Below are positions 29,739 through 39,306 of a DNA stretch of 64,000 nt, one piece after another. The notes beneath the pieces were generated by a model, which worked only from the letters and a program-made list of their open reading frames with translations, was not told the origin of the DNA and ran no database searches. This DNA is from Calditrichales bacterium (lineage in GTDB: Bacteria; Calditrichota; Calditrichia; Calditrichales; J004): positions 3,584,001 to 3,648,000 of the forward strand of contig OZ254086.1 of NCBI GenBank assembly GCA_965267575.1, in the 5' to 3' direction. Made by a program: the position numbers and the translations under genes. How positions within the stretch are numbered: the first letter of the stretch is position 1; each line of letters begins with the position of its first letter.

Positions 29739-30224
29739 TTAAATGTCTTCTGTTTTAGCTCTGTGCTGTCCCACCAGCACTACTGCCACGGTAGCCAGAA
29801 AGACGATGCTACCAAGCGCAAAAAGCAGATAAGCCAGCTCCCTGGAATGGTGTTCCACACCAACAAGGATTGGCTCAGACCAGGGGCCTGTGCGATCGTT
29901 CTGTACTTCACGCACGCGAAAATAAAAATCACCGTCGGGCAGTCCGGAAATATAGCTTGCCCGGTCCGGCCCTTTGTAGCGCGTTGAAGCGTCGCTGAAA
30001 TCGGGCGATTGCGCCTGCTGCAGCTCGAAAGTGGGATGCTCTTCGGGCGCATCTTCCGGTATGTGCCAGCTAAGACGGATGTAACCGGCGTGGATAATGT
30101 TTTCACTATCCTGGTCAAATTCCGGCCGGGACATGGTGGTATCCGGCTGCGCGATGCTTTGCGAAACGAAAATGAAAAAAAACAGCAACACAAAGGCAGC
30201 ACAAAAGTGAATCTTATGGGTCAT
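29739..30224 (-). CDS. Signal-peptide protein with Fn3-like domain and C-terminal TM anchor
   Basis: 'IRLSW...FELQQ...YISGLPDGDFYFRVR...GPWSEP' Fn3-like pattern; C-terminal hydrophobic helix. Confidence 0.7.
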   Translation of the reverse strand: MTHKIHFCAAFVLLFFFIFVSQSIAQPDTTMSRPEFDQDSENIIHAGYIRLSWHIPEDAPEEHPTFELQQAQSPDFSDASTRYKGPDRASYISGLPDGDFYFRVREVQNDRTGPWSEPILVGVEHHSRELAYLLFALGSIVFLATVAVVLVGQHRAKTEDI

Positions 30225-30237
30225 ACTTTATCCTGTG

Positions 30238-31203
30238 TTAGGCTTTGGCAAGATAGCTTTCCAGCTTTTCGCGGACCTCTTCGATATCAATATCCTGGTT
30301 TCTGTTATTTTTAAACGCCCGCAGAAAAGCCTCTTCTTTTTCAATGAAATGCAGACGGTTGGAACGCAAAGCTTCAACCAGTTTATCTTCGTTTTCAACG
30401 GGATTGTTGGTCAATCCGCGAAGAGACTTATCCTGGTTCAGCTCAAAATATTCGCTATGAAGATCCAGGTTTGTCTCAAACCGAATGGGCATGGAAATGG
30501 TACCGTCATCGATCGTTTCAATCTGGTGGAACCAATAAGGGGGGATATAAAGCATTTCACCGCCTTCAAGGGTGCCCGTTATACAGGTGTGGAAAGATTG
30601 AAGCTTCTTTTCCTCGCCAATTTTAAGCGCACTGTCCAGCCAATAGCGCGCTGCTTTTTTCCAGTTCCTCTGCAGAAAGCCTGATTCCAATGGATGTATA
30701 ATGACAAACTTTTTACGTCCCGAGATCTGGGCGAGAAAGCTGTGCCACCAGTCGTAATGAAAAGGAGTTAAGTTAGGTCTTTGGCCGATCCAGATGCCCG
30801 TGGCATCCGGGTTATAGTCCGGCAATAAAGGAGGGATAAAAAAATCAGACGACATGTCTTTAAACAGCTTCGTGGCCGCGTCGATGCGCAGATAATACAT
30901 GTTGTCATCTTCATCTTTACCGTAAGCGTGCTTCAGGAATTCAGCAAAGGACATGCTTTTGCGGCGATTAACCTGCTGCAGAAACGAAGCGTTTTGCTTT
31001 TTGGATGAATACATGCAGCTGATGCGTTGTGAACCGAAGCGCTCGGTCAGGTTTTCCAATGTCCAGTTTTTAAAGGCTTTCCACGATGAGACGACGTCCG
31101 TTATAATAAAAGGGAATAGCCCCAGCGGCAGCCGGAGTCCGTTCCAGTTTAAAGCAGAATTCTTTAGATTTTTCTGTTGAATCCGCAGGATGGGATAACT
31201 CAT
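30238..31203 (-). CDS. JmjC/cupin-like Fe(II)/2-oxoglutarate oxygenase
   Basis: 'IWIG..LTPFHYD...QISGRKKF...GEMLYIPPYWFHQI' gives the HxD...H triad. Confidence 0.85.
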   Translation of the reverse strand: MSYPILRIQQKNLKNSALNWNGLRLPLGLFPFIITDVVSSWKAFKNWTLENLTERFGSQRISCMYSSKKQNASFLQQVNRRKSMSFAEFLKHAYGKDEDDNMYYLRIDAATKLFKDMSSDFFIPPLLPDYNPDATGIWIGQRPNLTPFHYDWWHSFLAQISGRKKFVIIHPLESGFLQRNWKKAARYWLDSALKIGEEKKLQSFHTCITGTLEGGEMLYIPPYWFHQIETIDDGTISMPIRFETNLDLHSEYFELNQDKSLRGLTNNPVENEDKLVEALRSNRLHFIEKEEAFLRAFKNNRNQDIDIEEVREKLESYLAKA

Positions 31204-31438
31204 TGTTTTTATGAATTTTTGTGCTTATTTCACGGTCGAGCCTGTAATGTAGTCAAATGAAAATGACTGGCAAAACAAAGCAGGCCGTTCCGGCGCTTTA
31301 AAACAATATCTGTTAATTAATTAACGATACAATCAGTGAGCATGGAATTATTAAGTATTGCAACGGGCTTATCCTTTGATACTTAAATAATTTAAATTAC
31401 GCATGATATGTACATTTATGATTTGAAAGTTAAAACTT

Positions 31439-32005
31439 ATGAATGACACGCTTTACATAAAAAACATGGTTTGCGAACGCTGCATCCGGGTTGTGAGGGA
31501 AGAACTGGAAAAGCTCGGCCTCAGGCTGCGCCGTGTTGATCTTGGCGAAGTTGAGGTTGAAGATATGAATGACGTTTCGCGTGAAGATGTTCAGACTATT
31601 CTGGCTGAAAACGGTTTTGAATTGATTGAAGATCGCCGCGCCGAAACCATAGAACATATCAAAATTGCGATCCGTGAACGGGTGCATTCCGTTGAACCCG
31701 TCCCGGAGAATTTCAGGCTCTCGCAATTTATAGCGCAAAAGCTGGATCGCGATTACAGCACGATGAGCCGCCTGTTTTCTTCCGTGGAAAATATGACCAT
31801 TGAGCATTTCTTTATCCTGCAAAAGATCGAGCGGGCAAAAGAGTGGCTCAAGTATGGCGATATGACCCTGAGCGAAATCGCCTGGCAGCTCGGTTACAGC
31901 AGCGTACAGCACCTCTCTGCGCAGTTCAAAACCGTAACCGGTATGACGGCAAGCCGTTTTAAGGAGCTGCGCCAAAACCTGCGCAAGCCGATTGATAAAC
32001 TATAG
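31439..32005 (+). CDS. AraC-family regulator with N-terminal HMA-like CxxC domain
   Basis: 'IKNMVCERCIRVV'; C-terminal 'LSEIAWQLGYSSVQHLSAQFKTVTG'. Confidence 0.9.
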   Translation: MNDTLYIKNMVCERCIRVVREELEKLGLRLRRVDLGEVEVEDMNDVSREDVQTILAENGFELIEDRRAETIEHIKIAIRERVHSVEPVPENFRLSQFIAQKLDRDYSTMSRLFSSVENMTIEHFFILQKIERAKEWLKYGDMTLSEIAWQLGYSSVQHLSAQFKTVTGMTASRFKELRQNLRKPIDKL

Positions 32006-32221
32006 AGAGTTTGGTGTTAATTGCCGTTAAGTACAACCCGGTATTTCCAATGCCCGTGGGTTCAACTATGATGCGCCGTCACCCGATTGATTAATAATTA
32101 TTGCCGTTTTTCCCGATGGTTCAGACGAGCTGATGTAAAAGAATCCCAGAATTTTATAACGCGGGATACGTTTATCTTTTTATTTTTAATTAAACAAAAC
32201 CAACAGAAAAAGGAGAATTAA

Positions 32222-32434
32222 ATGCAAAACGTACTTATCAAGATTGATGGCATGAGCTGTGACAACTGTGTTAAGCATGTCAAAAGCGCCCTGGCGGAAG
32301 TGGAAGGCGTTGATGTTCTGAACGTGATCATCGGTTCGGCCATGATTGTTACTAAGGGTGAAGTGCCGGAAGAAAAACTGCGCGAGGCCGTGGATGAAGC
32401 GGGCTACAGCGTGAAAACAATCGCTAAGGCCTGA
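32222..32434 (+). CDS. copZ: Heavy-metal-associated (CopZ-like) chaperone
   Basis: GMSCDNC motif, 70 aa. Confidence 0.88.
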   Translation: MQNVLIKIDGMSCDNCVKHVKSALAEVEGVDVLNVIIGSAMIVTKGEVPEEKLREAVDEAGYSVKTIAKA

Positions 32435-32436
32435 AA

Positions 32437-34887
32437 ATGAGCAAAGTGGATGTGCGGGAGATGACGCTGCCCGTAAAAGGAATGACCTGCGCGGCCTGCG
32501 TGAAACATGTGGAGAAAGCTTTGCAGGGAAGCGCGGGCGTTAAAAGCGCGGCGGTAAACCTGGCGACCGAAAAAGCCCATATTAAGTTTGGCAACGGCGA
32601 TGATTTGTCCGCAGTGATTCAGGCCGTTCGCAAGGCAGGCTATGATGTTGAGGCGAGCGAAGAGACCTTTGATGTGGACGGTATGACCTGTGCCGCTTGC
32701 GTGAAACACGTGGAAAAGGCGCTGGCAAAGACGGAAGGCGTTATCGACGCCAACGTAAACCTGGCTACGGAGAGTGCGCGTGTAAGCTACATCGAAGGTG
32801 TTGCCGATTTTGCTTCCATGGCGGCGGCCGTTAAAAAGGGCGGTTACACGCTTAAGCGCCGGACGAGGTCAGCGGAACAGACCGATAAGAGCAGCGCGAA
32901 AGCTACTGAGTCGCGCAAGCGCATGTGGCTCACATGGGCCTTGGCTATCCCGGTTATGTTGTGGATGATACCACATATGTTCTTTGGCGTGATGTGGCCA
33001 AGTCATGCTGTCTTTAACCTGAGCACGATTCTCCTGGCTTTGCCGGTACTTTTGTTCCCGGGACGCGAGACTATGATAAGCGGCTGGCGGGCACTCATTG
33101 GCGGAAGCTCCAACATGGACACGCTGATCATGCTGGGATCATCGGTTTCGCTGATAACCGGTCCGCTCTCCTTTTTTATGGAGATCGCCAATTACGCCGG
33201 TATCGCTTCTATGATTATGGCCTTTCACCTTACCGGCAGGTATGTCGAAGCCAATGCGCGGGGCAAAGCGTCGCAGGCTATCCGCAAGCTGCTCGAACTG
33301 GGCGCCAAAACAGCCCGCGTGGAAACGGAAGACGGCGAAAAGGACATCGCCATTGAAGAATTGCAACCGGGCGACATAATGATTGTGCGACCCGGCGAAA
33401 AGATCCCCACGGATGGTGTGGTTGTCTCCGGTGAAAGCGCCGTGGATGAATCCATGGCTACGGGTGAAAGCATGCCCGTAACCCGCAAGGTTGACGATGC
33501 GGTCATCGGCGCGACACTAAACCAGGAGGGACTTCTCAAAGTGCGTGCCACGAAAATCGGCAAGGACACTTTCCTTGCCCAGGTGGTGAAGCTGGTGGAA
33601 GAGTGCCAGACCACCCGCGTTCCTATCCAGGCTTTCGCGGATAAGGTTACGGCGGTGTTTGTACCTGTTATTATGTCGATTGCCTTGCTGGCTGCATTAA
33701 GCTGGTGGCTGTTCCCCGAAACACTGCGGCCTTTGGCCGAGTGGGGCGCGACGCTTCTGCCGTGGGTTAATCCGCAGGTAAGCGTGCTGACGCTGGGGCT
33801 GGTTGTGCTGGTCTCGGTGCTGGTGATCGCCTGTCCCTGTGCGCTTGGGCTGGCCACGCCCACCGCTTTGATGGTTGGCAGCGGAATGGGCGCGCAAAAC
33901 GGTATTTTGATCCGCAGCGGTGAAGCAATCCAGACATTGAAAGATGTAAAAACGGTGGTGTTTGATAAAACCGGCACCATCACCCGCGGCAAACCGGAAG
34001 TTACGGATATAATTGCCCTGAACGGATTTAGCGGGAATGAACTGCTGCAGCTTGCGGCAACCGCCGAGCAGGGCAGTGAACACCCGCTGGCCCTTGCCGT
34101 GATGCAAAAAGCCAAATCGCTCGGGCTGCAAACACGAAATATTGATGATTTCAAAGCCGTACGAGGTAAGGGCGTTGTTGTCTCATCCAATGGCGGGCGT
34201 CTTGTGGTCGGTTCAGAGCGCTTTTTGCGCGAAGAAGGGATCGAATTCGACGGCCATGAAAGGGCGTTTACAAACCTTGAGCAAAAAGCACGCACGGTGA
34301 TTGCCGTTGCCCGGGACGGAAAGCTCGTTGGAGCTTTAGGTATTGCCGATCAGCTAAAGGATGATGCTGTTTTGGCCATTGAAGAACTGCATAAATTGGG
34401 ATTGCGAACGGCCCTTCTTACCGGGGACAACGAAGCCACGGCTAAAGCCATCGCGCAACAAGCCGCTATAGACCATGTGGTGGCCAACGTGCTGCCAGAC
34501 GGCAAAGTGGATGAGGTACGCCGCCTGCAGCAGGAATTTGGAGCGGTGGCTTTTGTGGGTGACGGCATCAACGACGCCCCGGCGCTGACGCAGGCCAATG
34601 TGGGTATTGCCATCGGCACGGGCACGGATATTGCCATTGAAGCCAGCGATGTAACGCTGGTCCACGGCGGCCCTTCAGACGTAGTGCGCGCTATACGCCT
34701 AAGCCGTAGCATCTTCAATAAAATACGCCAGAACCTGTTCTGGGCCTTTTTCTATAACGTGCTGATGATACCGCTGGCCATCGTTGGCTGGATGCACCCG
34801 CTGTTGGCGGAAATAGCCATGGCCGGTTCATCCGTTACGGTTGTGCTGAACGCGCTGCTGCTCAAGCGCACTAGACTTTTTATGTGA
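32437..34887 (+). CDS. copA: Copper-translocating P1B-type ATPase
   Basis: Two GMTCAAC domains, TGES, CPC, DKTGT, SEHP, GDGIND, YN and MxxSS motifs. Confidence 0.95.
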   Translation: MSKVDVREMTLPVKGMTCAACVKHVEKALQGSAGVKSAAVNLATEKAHIKFGNGDDLSAVIQAVRKAGYDVEASEETFDVDGMTCAACVKHVEKALAKTEGVIDANVNLATESARVSYIEGVADFASMAAAVKKGGYTLKRRTRSAEQTDKSSAKATESRKRMWLTWALAIPVMLWMIPHMFFGVMWPSHAVFNLSTILLALPVLLFPGRETMISGWRALIGGSSNMDTLIMLGSSVSLITGPLSFFMEIANYAGIASMIMAFHLTGRYVEANARGKASQAIRKLLELGAKTARVETEDGEKDIAIEELQPGDIMIVRPGEKIPTDGVVVSGESAVDESMATGESMPVTRKVDDAVIGATLNQEGLLKVRATKIGKDTFLAQVVKLVEECQTTRVPIQAFADKVTAVFVPVIMSIALLAALSWWLFPETLRPLAEWGATLLPWVNPQVSVLTLGLVVLVSVLVIACPCALGLATPTALMVGSGMGAQNGILIRSGEAIQTLKDVKTVVFDKTGTITRGKPEVTDIIALNGFSGNELLQLAATAEQGSEHPLALAVMQKAKSLGLQTRNIDDFKAVRGKGVVVSSNGGRLVVGSERFLREEGIEFDGHERAFTNLEQKARTVIAVARDGKLVGALGIADQLKDDAVLAIEELHKLGLRTALLTGDNEATAKAIAQQAAIDHVVANVLPDGKVDEVRRLQQEFGAVAFVGDGINDAPALTQANVGIAIGTGTDIAIEASDVTLVHGGPSDVVRAIRLSRSIFNKIRQNLFWAFFYNVLMIPLAIVGWMHPLLAEIAMAGSSVTVVLNALLLKRTRLFM

Positions 34888-34985
34888 ATCTTTTTGCATA
34901 GTAAATTATTATTACGTGAATTGGATTTTTTCTTAATCTTAATATATTTGAGTTTATAGTTTAAAAGTACAAATGTGGGGAACAA

Positions 34986-37868
34986 ATGGTAGAATACCTT
35001 GAAAAGCTATTATATGATAAAACACAAAATTCGCAAGCAAGCATATTAGATGCACAATGGAAATATGATAAAAAAATAATTCCTAAAGCATTGCAAGCTA
35101 TTTCTAATTTATTTCCACATTATAGCCTACATGATGAATCACATTCTACAACCATTATAAATAATATTATAAGAATTCTGGGAATTGAAAATATTCAAAA
35201 ATTATCATCGATAGACATATGGTTAATATTAGAAGCAAGCTATGTTCATGATATAGGTATGGTAGTTACTGGAAAAGAGATTGAAAAGTCATTAACGGAA
35301 AAGGGATTTTTGGAGTTTTTTAAGGAGATTTTAGATGACGAGAAAAATCCTTTTCATGAGTTCGCTAATAGATTTAAAATAAAAAAAGATAAAATTCTAT
35401 ATAAAGATAATTATGTTAATATCGAATTGCATGACGGCCTAAAATTTATACTCGCAGAATTTTTTAGACGCATTCACTCCAAAAGGTCTAAGGATATCAT
35501 AGATAACCCACAAAGCCTAGTTTTATCATCACCGAGAGGTGCAATTCCCCGTAGAATTTTTAAGATTTTAGGCGAAATATGTGAAGCACATACAAAAACA
35601 TTTGAACAAGTAATGCACTTGCCATTTAAGCAAGTTGGAATTGATACAGAGGATGCTCATCCGAAGTTTATTGCGTGTCTATTAAGGCTTGGCGATTTGT
35701 TGGACATAGATAATGATCGATTTTCTGAAGTAATATTACAAACACTACAGAAAATACCACTAGACACAATAACACATAAAAACAAACACCTTGCAATAGA
35801 ATTATTGAGAATTGATAGAGATATAATAGAAATAACCGCAAAATGCAACAATTATGAAGTCAGCAGTATAACGCAGAGATGGTTTGACTACCTTGATTCT
35901 GAAATTAGAAATCAAATGATTCATTGGAATAATATTGTACCTTACAAAGGTTTTTGCGTTTTGCCTACGATTGGAAACTTAAAAATTGACCTAATTGGTT
36001 ATGATTTAATTGATGGAAAAAACAAGCCTCGATTTACACTCGACAGCGCTAAAGCCGCTGAGCTGTTGAAAGGAGCCGGTCTGTACGATGGACCTTATCA
36101 AAGCATCAGAGAAATTATTCAGAATGCTGTTGATGCTACACTGTTAAGAATATGGTTAGATTATTCCGAGGATATAAAATTTAATACACCGCATGAAAAT
36201 TCATTTCTAGAATTACTTAATAAATACCCTATAAAAATAACAATAAAACAACTTGACATTAAGGAGGAGGAAAAAAGATGGCTATTTGAGGTAATAGATT
36301 TAGGGATAGGTATTTCAACAGAGGATCTTAAGTTTTTAATAAATACTGGCAGCTCTTCAAAAAATAGATCAAAAATGCAAATTATCGAATCGATGCCGCC
36401 TTGGTTAAAGCCGTCAGGAATATTCGGTATAGGTTTTCAAAGCATATTCTTATTAACAGATGTTGTAAACATCGCCACAAAAAGCTATATAAGTCAAGAA
36501 GAGCAGTTTTTTGAGCTTAATAGTCCAACGGCACAAAAAAATGGGGATATTCTTATCAAGAAGAAAGCGTCTACTTACGTAAAAAAGCCTGGAACGCAAC
36601 TTAGCTTTATATATAAAACGCCGGTCTTACCAAAGACATATTCCGTAAGACTTGATTCACATGCATACAAAACCTTATTTGATTACGATCCGATTGTTCA
36701 TGAATCTCTTGATATTGAACTAGCGAAAATACTTGATGAAATATATAATATAGCTGATAAATGTTACTTGCCTATTGAACTTGTAGTTGATGAAAAAGAA
36801 ATAATACTTGATCAAAAAACACTCCAAAAGTTTAAGTTCTACGACTCCGAAAATTCTTTAGAACTAAACGTTGAATGTGATGACATGAAACCTAATAAGC
36901 TTAATATTTTTTATAAAAATCAAAAAGTAAGCACTAATCTGCGTTTTATGTTTCTTAGCTTAGAAATAAATATTCATGGAGATGTTGCTTCTGAAGTGCT
37001 TACTTTAAATAGAAACAAGATTAGAAGTGAATATGAGTCTAAGTTACATTATCAAATTTTGCAAAGCGTATTTAAAATTCTAAATAAAGATTTTGAAAGT
37101 TTATTTAACAAAAAACAGGATATGGCCCTAGCAAGTATGTTTTTATACTTTTATTCTGATCGGTATGAAACCTTAAAAAAAATTATTGATTTAAATCGTT
37201 TTGACCATTGGAAAAAATATAACGTTCAGCTAGAAAATAAGAATTATGATCTAGAAGAAATATTGGTGTGCACAAAAACAACTACACTGGTTTATTCTAA
37301 TACAAGATTAAACACTAAAGAAGGCTTAGCGTTAAAAGACGATGATCTTGAAATAACACTCCCTGCTCGCCATGCCAATAATGACTATATGTCTTTCATA
37401 TTATTCAAGCTAAAAGAAACCCTTAAATCATTTAAGTCTTACGAAGCCCATGATGGTTCTGAATTCTTAAAGTTTTCGAAGGAAATAGACGAAGAGGCAA
37501 CCGAAGTGCAGATTAAAAGACTACTGAATAAACTTATAATTAGGTCACCTTTTTATTCTTCAAGAATAATCGTTCCATGCCCTCAAGATTATTTTAATTT
37601 AAGAATTATTGATAATGTTTTTGAATTTCATTTAAACCAAATACCTATCGACAACAATATACCGCTTGCTTTACCCAAAATGCTTTTCCCGTACGTTACC
37701 GAATTAAATTATGACGGCAAATGTAGAACTATTCTAAGTCTGAATGAAAAAGTTTATAATTGGGTTTATAAATACCGGTTTAATAAAAACACTACACTAG
37801 AGGACATCAAAGATGCGTATAGTAAATTTATTATGGAGTTTAGACTAGATAAAAGTATCAACAATTAG
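34986..37868 (+). CDS. HD-domain (HD-CE-like) + Hsp90-like GHKL ATPase fusion protein, AT-rich
   Basis: 'FPHYSLHDESHS', 'HDIGM', 'RLGDLLD'; then 'IREIIQNAVDA', 'DLGIG', 'GIFGIGFQS'. Confidence 0.8.
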   Translation: MVEYLEKLLYDKTQNSQASILDAQWKYDKKIIPKALQAISNLFPHYSLHDESHSTTIINNIIRILGIENIQKLSSIDIWLILEASYVHDIGMVVTGKEIEKSLTEKGFLEFFKEILDDEKNPFHEFANRFKIKKDKILYKDNYVNIELHDGLKFILAEFFRRIHSKRSKDIIDNPQSLVLSSPRGAIPRRIFKILGEICEAHTKTFEQVMHLPFKQVGIDTEDAHPKFIACLLRLGDLLDIDNDRFSEVILQTLQKIPLDTITHKNKHLAIELLRIDRDIIEITAKCNNYEVSSITQRWFDYLDSEIRNQMIHWNNIVPYKGFCVLPTIGNLKIDLIGYDLIDGKNKPRFTLDSAKAAELLKGAGLYDGPYQSIREIIQNAVDATLLRIWLDYSEDIKFNTPHENSFLELLNKYPIKITIKQLDIKEEEKRWLFEVIDLGIGISTEDLKFLINTGSSSKNRSKMQIIESMPPWLKPSGIFGIGFQSIFLLTDVVNIATKSYISQEEQFFELNSPTAQKNGDILIKKKASTYVKKPGTQLSFIYKTPVLPKTYSVRLDSHAYKTLFDYDPIVHESLDIELAKILDEIYNIADKCYLPIELVVDEKEIILDQKTLQKFKFYDSENSLELNVECDDMKPNKLNIFYKNQKVSTNLRFMFLSLEINIHGDVASEVLTLNRNKIRSEYESKLHYQILQSVFKILNKDFESLFNKKQDMALASMFLYFYSDRYETLKKIIDLNRFDHWKKYNVQLENKNYDLEEILVCTKTTTLVYSNTRLNTKEGLALKDDDLEITLPARHANNDYMSFILFKLKETLKSFKSYEAHDGSEFLKFSKEIDEEATEVQIKRLLNKLIIRSPFYSSRIIVPCPQDYFNLRIIDNVFEFHLNQIPIDNNIPLALPKMLFPYVTELNYDGKCRTILSLNEKVYNWVYKYRFNKNTTLEDIKDAYSKFIMEFRLDKSINN

Positions 37869-37878
37869 ACCCTACATT

Positions 37879-38625
37879 TTGGCAGAAACAAACTGGAAAG
37901 CGCTTAAAGATAGCACTATCGATGTGGCGGTTTTGCCCTGGGGCGCCACGGAAGCGCACAATTTTCACTTGCCTTACGGCACGGACATTATTGAGTCTGA
38001 TCACCTGGCGGCGGAATCGGCACGGATAGCCCATGAAAGCGGTGCCCGGTTGATCGTTTTGCCCACAGTGCCGTTTGGCGTCAATACCGGCCAAAGCGAC
38101 ATCTTCCTGGATATAAACCTCAATCCGACGACCCAACTTGCCATCCTAAAAGATATTCTAGAAGTATTGGATCGCCAGGGTATCCACAAGCTGGTTATTT
38201 TCAACAGTCACGGCGGAAATGACTTTAAAGCGATCGTGCGTGAGCTTGGATTGAAATTTCCCGGCATGTTCATCTGCCTTTTAAACTGGTTTCAGATGGC
38301 CGAAAAGTCGGATTATTTCGATGAACCGGGCGACCACGCCGGGGAAATGGAAACCAGCCTGATGCTTTTCCTGAAGCCGGAGCTTGTTTTATCTAAAGCG
38401 CAGTGGGGTGTTGGACGAGAGAAGCAAAATAAAATCGAAGCCTTCCGTGAAGGTTGGGTGTGGGCAGAACGCAGGTGGTCTCAGATAAGCGAAGATACGG
38501 GCGTGGGTAACCCGGCGGCGGCCAGTAAAGAGAAAGGCGAACTGTTCTTTAAAGCAGTCACTCAAAAAGCAGGACGTTTCCTGATATCGCTGTGTGAGAC
38601 GGATGTAAAAGATCTTTATGAGTAA
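37879..38625 (+). CDS. Creatininase family protein; start uncertain (frame extends upstream as IRPYIL from 37864)
   Basis: 'LPWGATEAHNFHLPYGTD', 'NSHGGN', 'HAGEMETS'. Confidence 0.88.
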   Translation: MAETNWKALKDSTIDVAVLPWGATEAHNFHLPYGTDIIESDHLAAESARIAHESGARLIVLPTVPFGVNTGQSDIFLDINLNPTTQLAILKDILEVLDRQGIHKLVIFNSHGGNDFKAIVRELGLKFPGMFICLLNWFQMAEKSDYFDEPGDHAGEMETSLMLFLKPELVLSKAQWGVGREKQNKIEAFREGWVWAERRWSQISEDTGVGNPAAASKEKGELFFKAVTQKAGRFLISLCETDVKDLYE

Positions 38626-39190
38626 CCGCGAAGACAGCATAAAATATTTTGCCGGCCGTGAGGAGTGGAGGAACTGGCTGCGAGAAAACTTTCGAACGGC
38701 CAAAGAGGTCTGGCTGGTCTATCCCAAAAAAGCCAGTGGCAAAAAGCGTATACCTTATAATGATGCCGTAGAAGAGGCTTTGTGTTTTGGGTGGATTGAC
38801 AGTACCGTAAAAAGCCTGGATGAACAAAACAGTATGCAGCGATTTACACCACGCAAGACCGGGAGCAGCTTTTCACAGGCCAATAAAGAGCGTTTGCGCT
38901 GGCTGAACCGGCAGAATCTGATACACCCTGAAATACGCACAGGTCTGGAAGATGTAATCAACGAAGAGTTCATATTTCCGCCTGACATTATAAAAGTTCT
39001 GCGCGAAGATGAGCGTGCATGGCAAAACTATTGTGCTTTTTCCGATCCCTATAAACGAATACGCATTGCCTATATTGATGCCGCGCGCGGCCGGCCGGAC
39101 GAGTTTCGTAAACGCTTGAAGAATTTCATCGAAAAAACCAGGCAGAATAAAATGATTTCCGGATATGGCGGTATAGATAAGTATTATTAA
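38618..39190 (+). CDS. YdeI/OmpD-associated family protein
   Basis: 'EWRNWL...YNDAVEEALCFGWIDS...RFTPRK'. Confidence 0.88.
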   Translation: MSNREDSIKYFAGREEWRNWLRENFRTAKEVWLVYPKKASGKKRIPYNDAVEEALCFGWIDSTVKSLDEQNSMQRFTPRKTGSSFSQANKERLRWLNRQNLIHPEIRTGLEDVINEEFIFPPDIIKVLREDERAWQNYCAFSDPYKRIRIAYIDAARGRPDEFRKRLKNFIEKTRQNKMISGYGGIDKYY

Positions 39191-39306
39191 TTTGCACTCT
39201 TCACCCCTTTATGCAAAATTTGTGAGCCGACCAGAAAACCGCTGATTACGCGAAAGTGCCATCGGCAAATCAATCAAAAAAAATCTATATTATAAAGATC
39301 GTATTA

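Noticed and set aside
33225..34295. 356-aa minus-strand ORF
   Set aside because: Antisense shadow of copA with Ser/Thr/Pro-rich off-frame composition.
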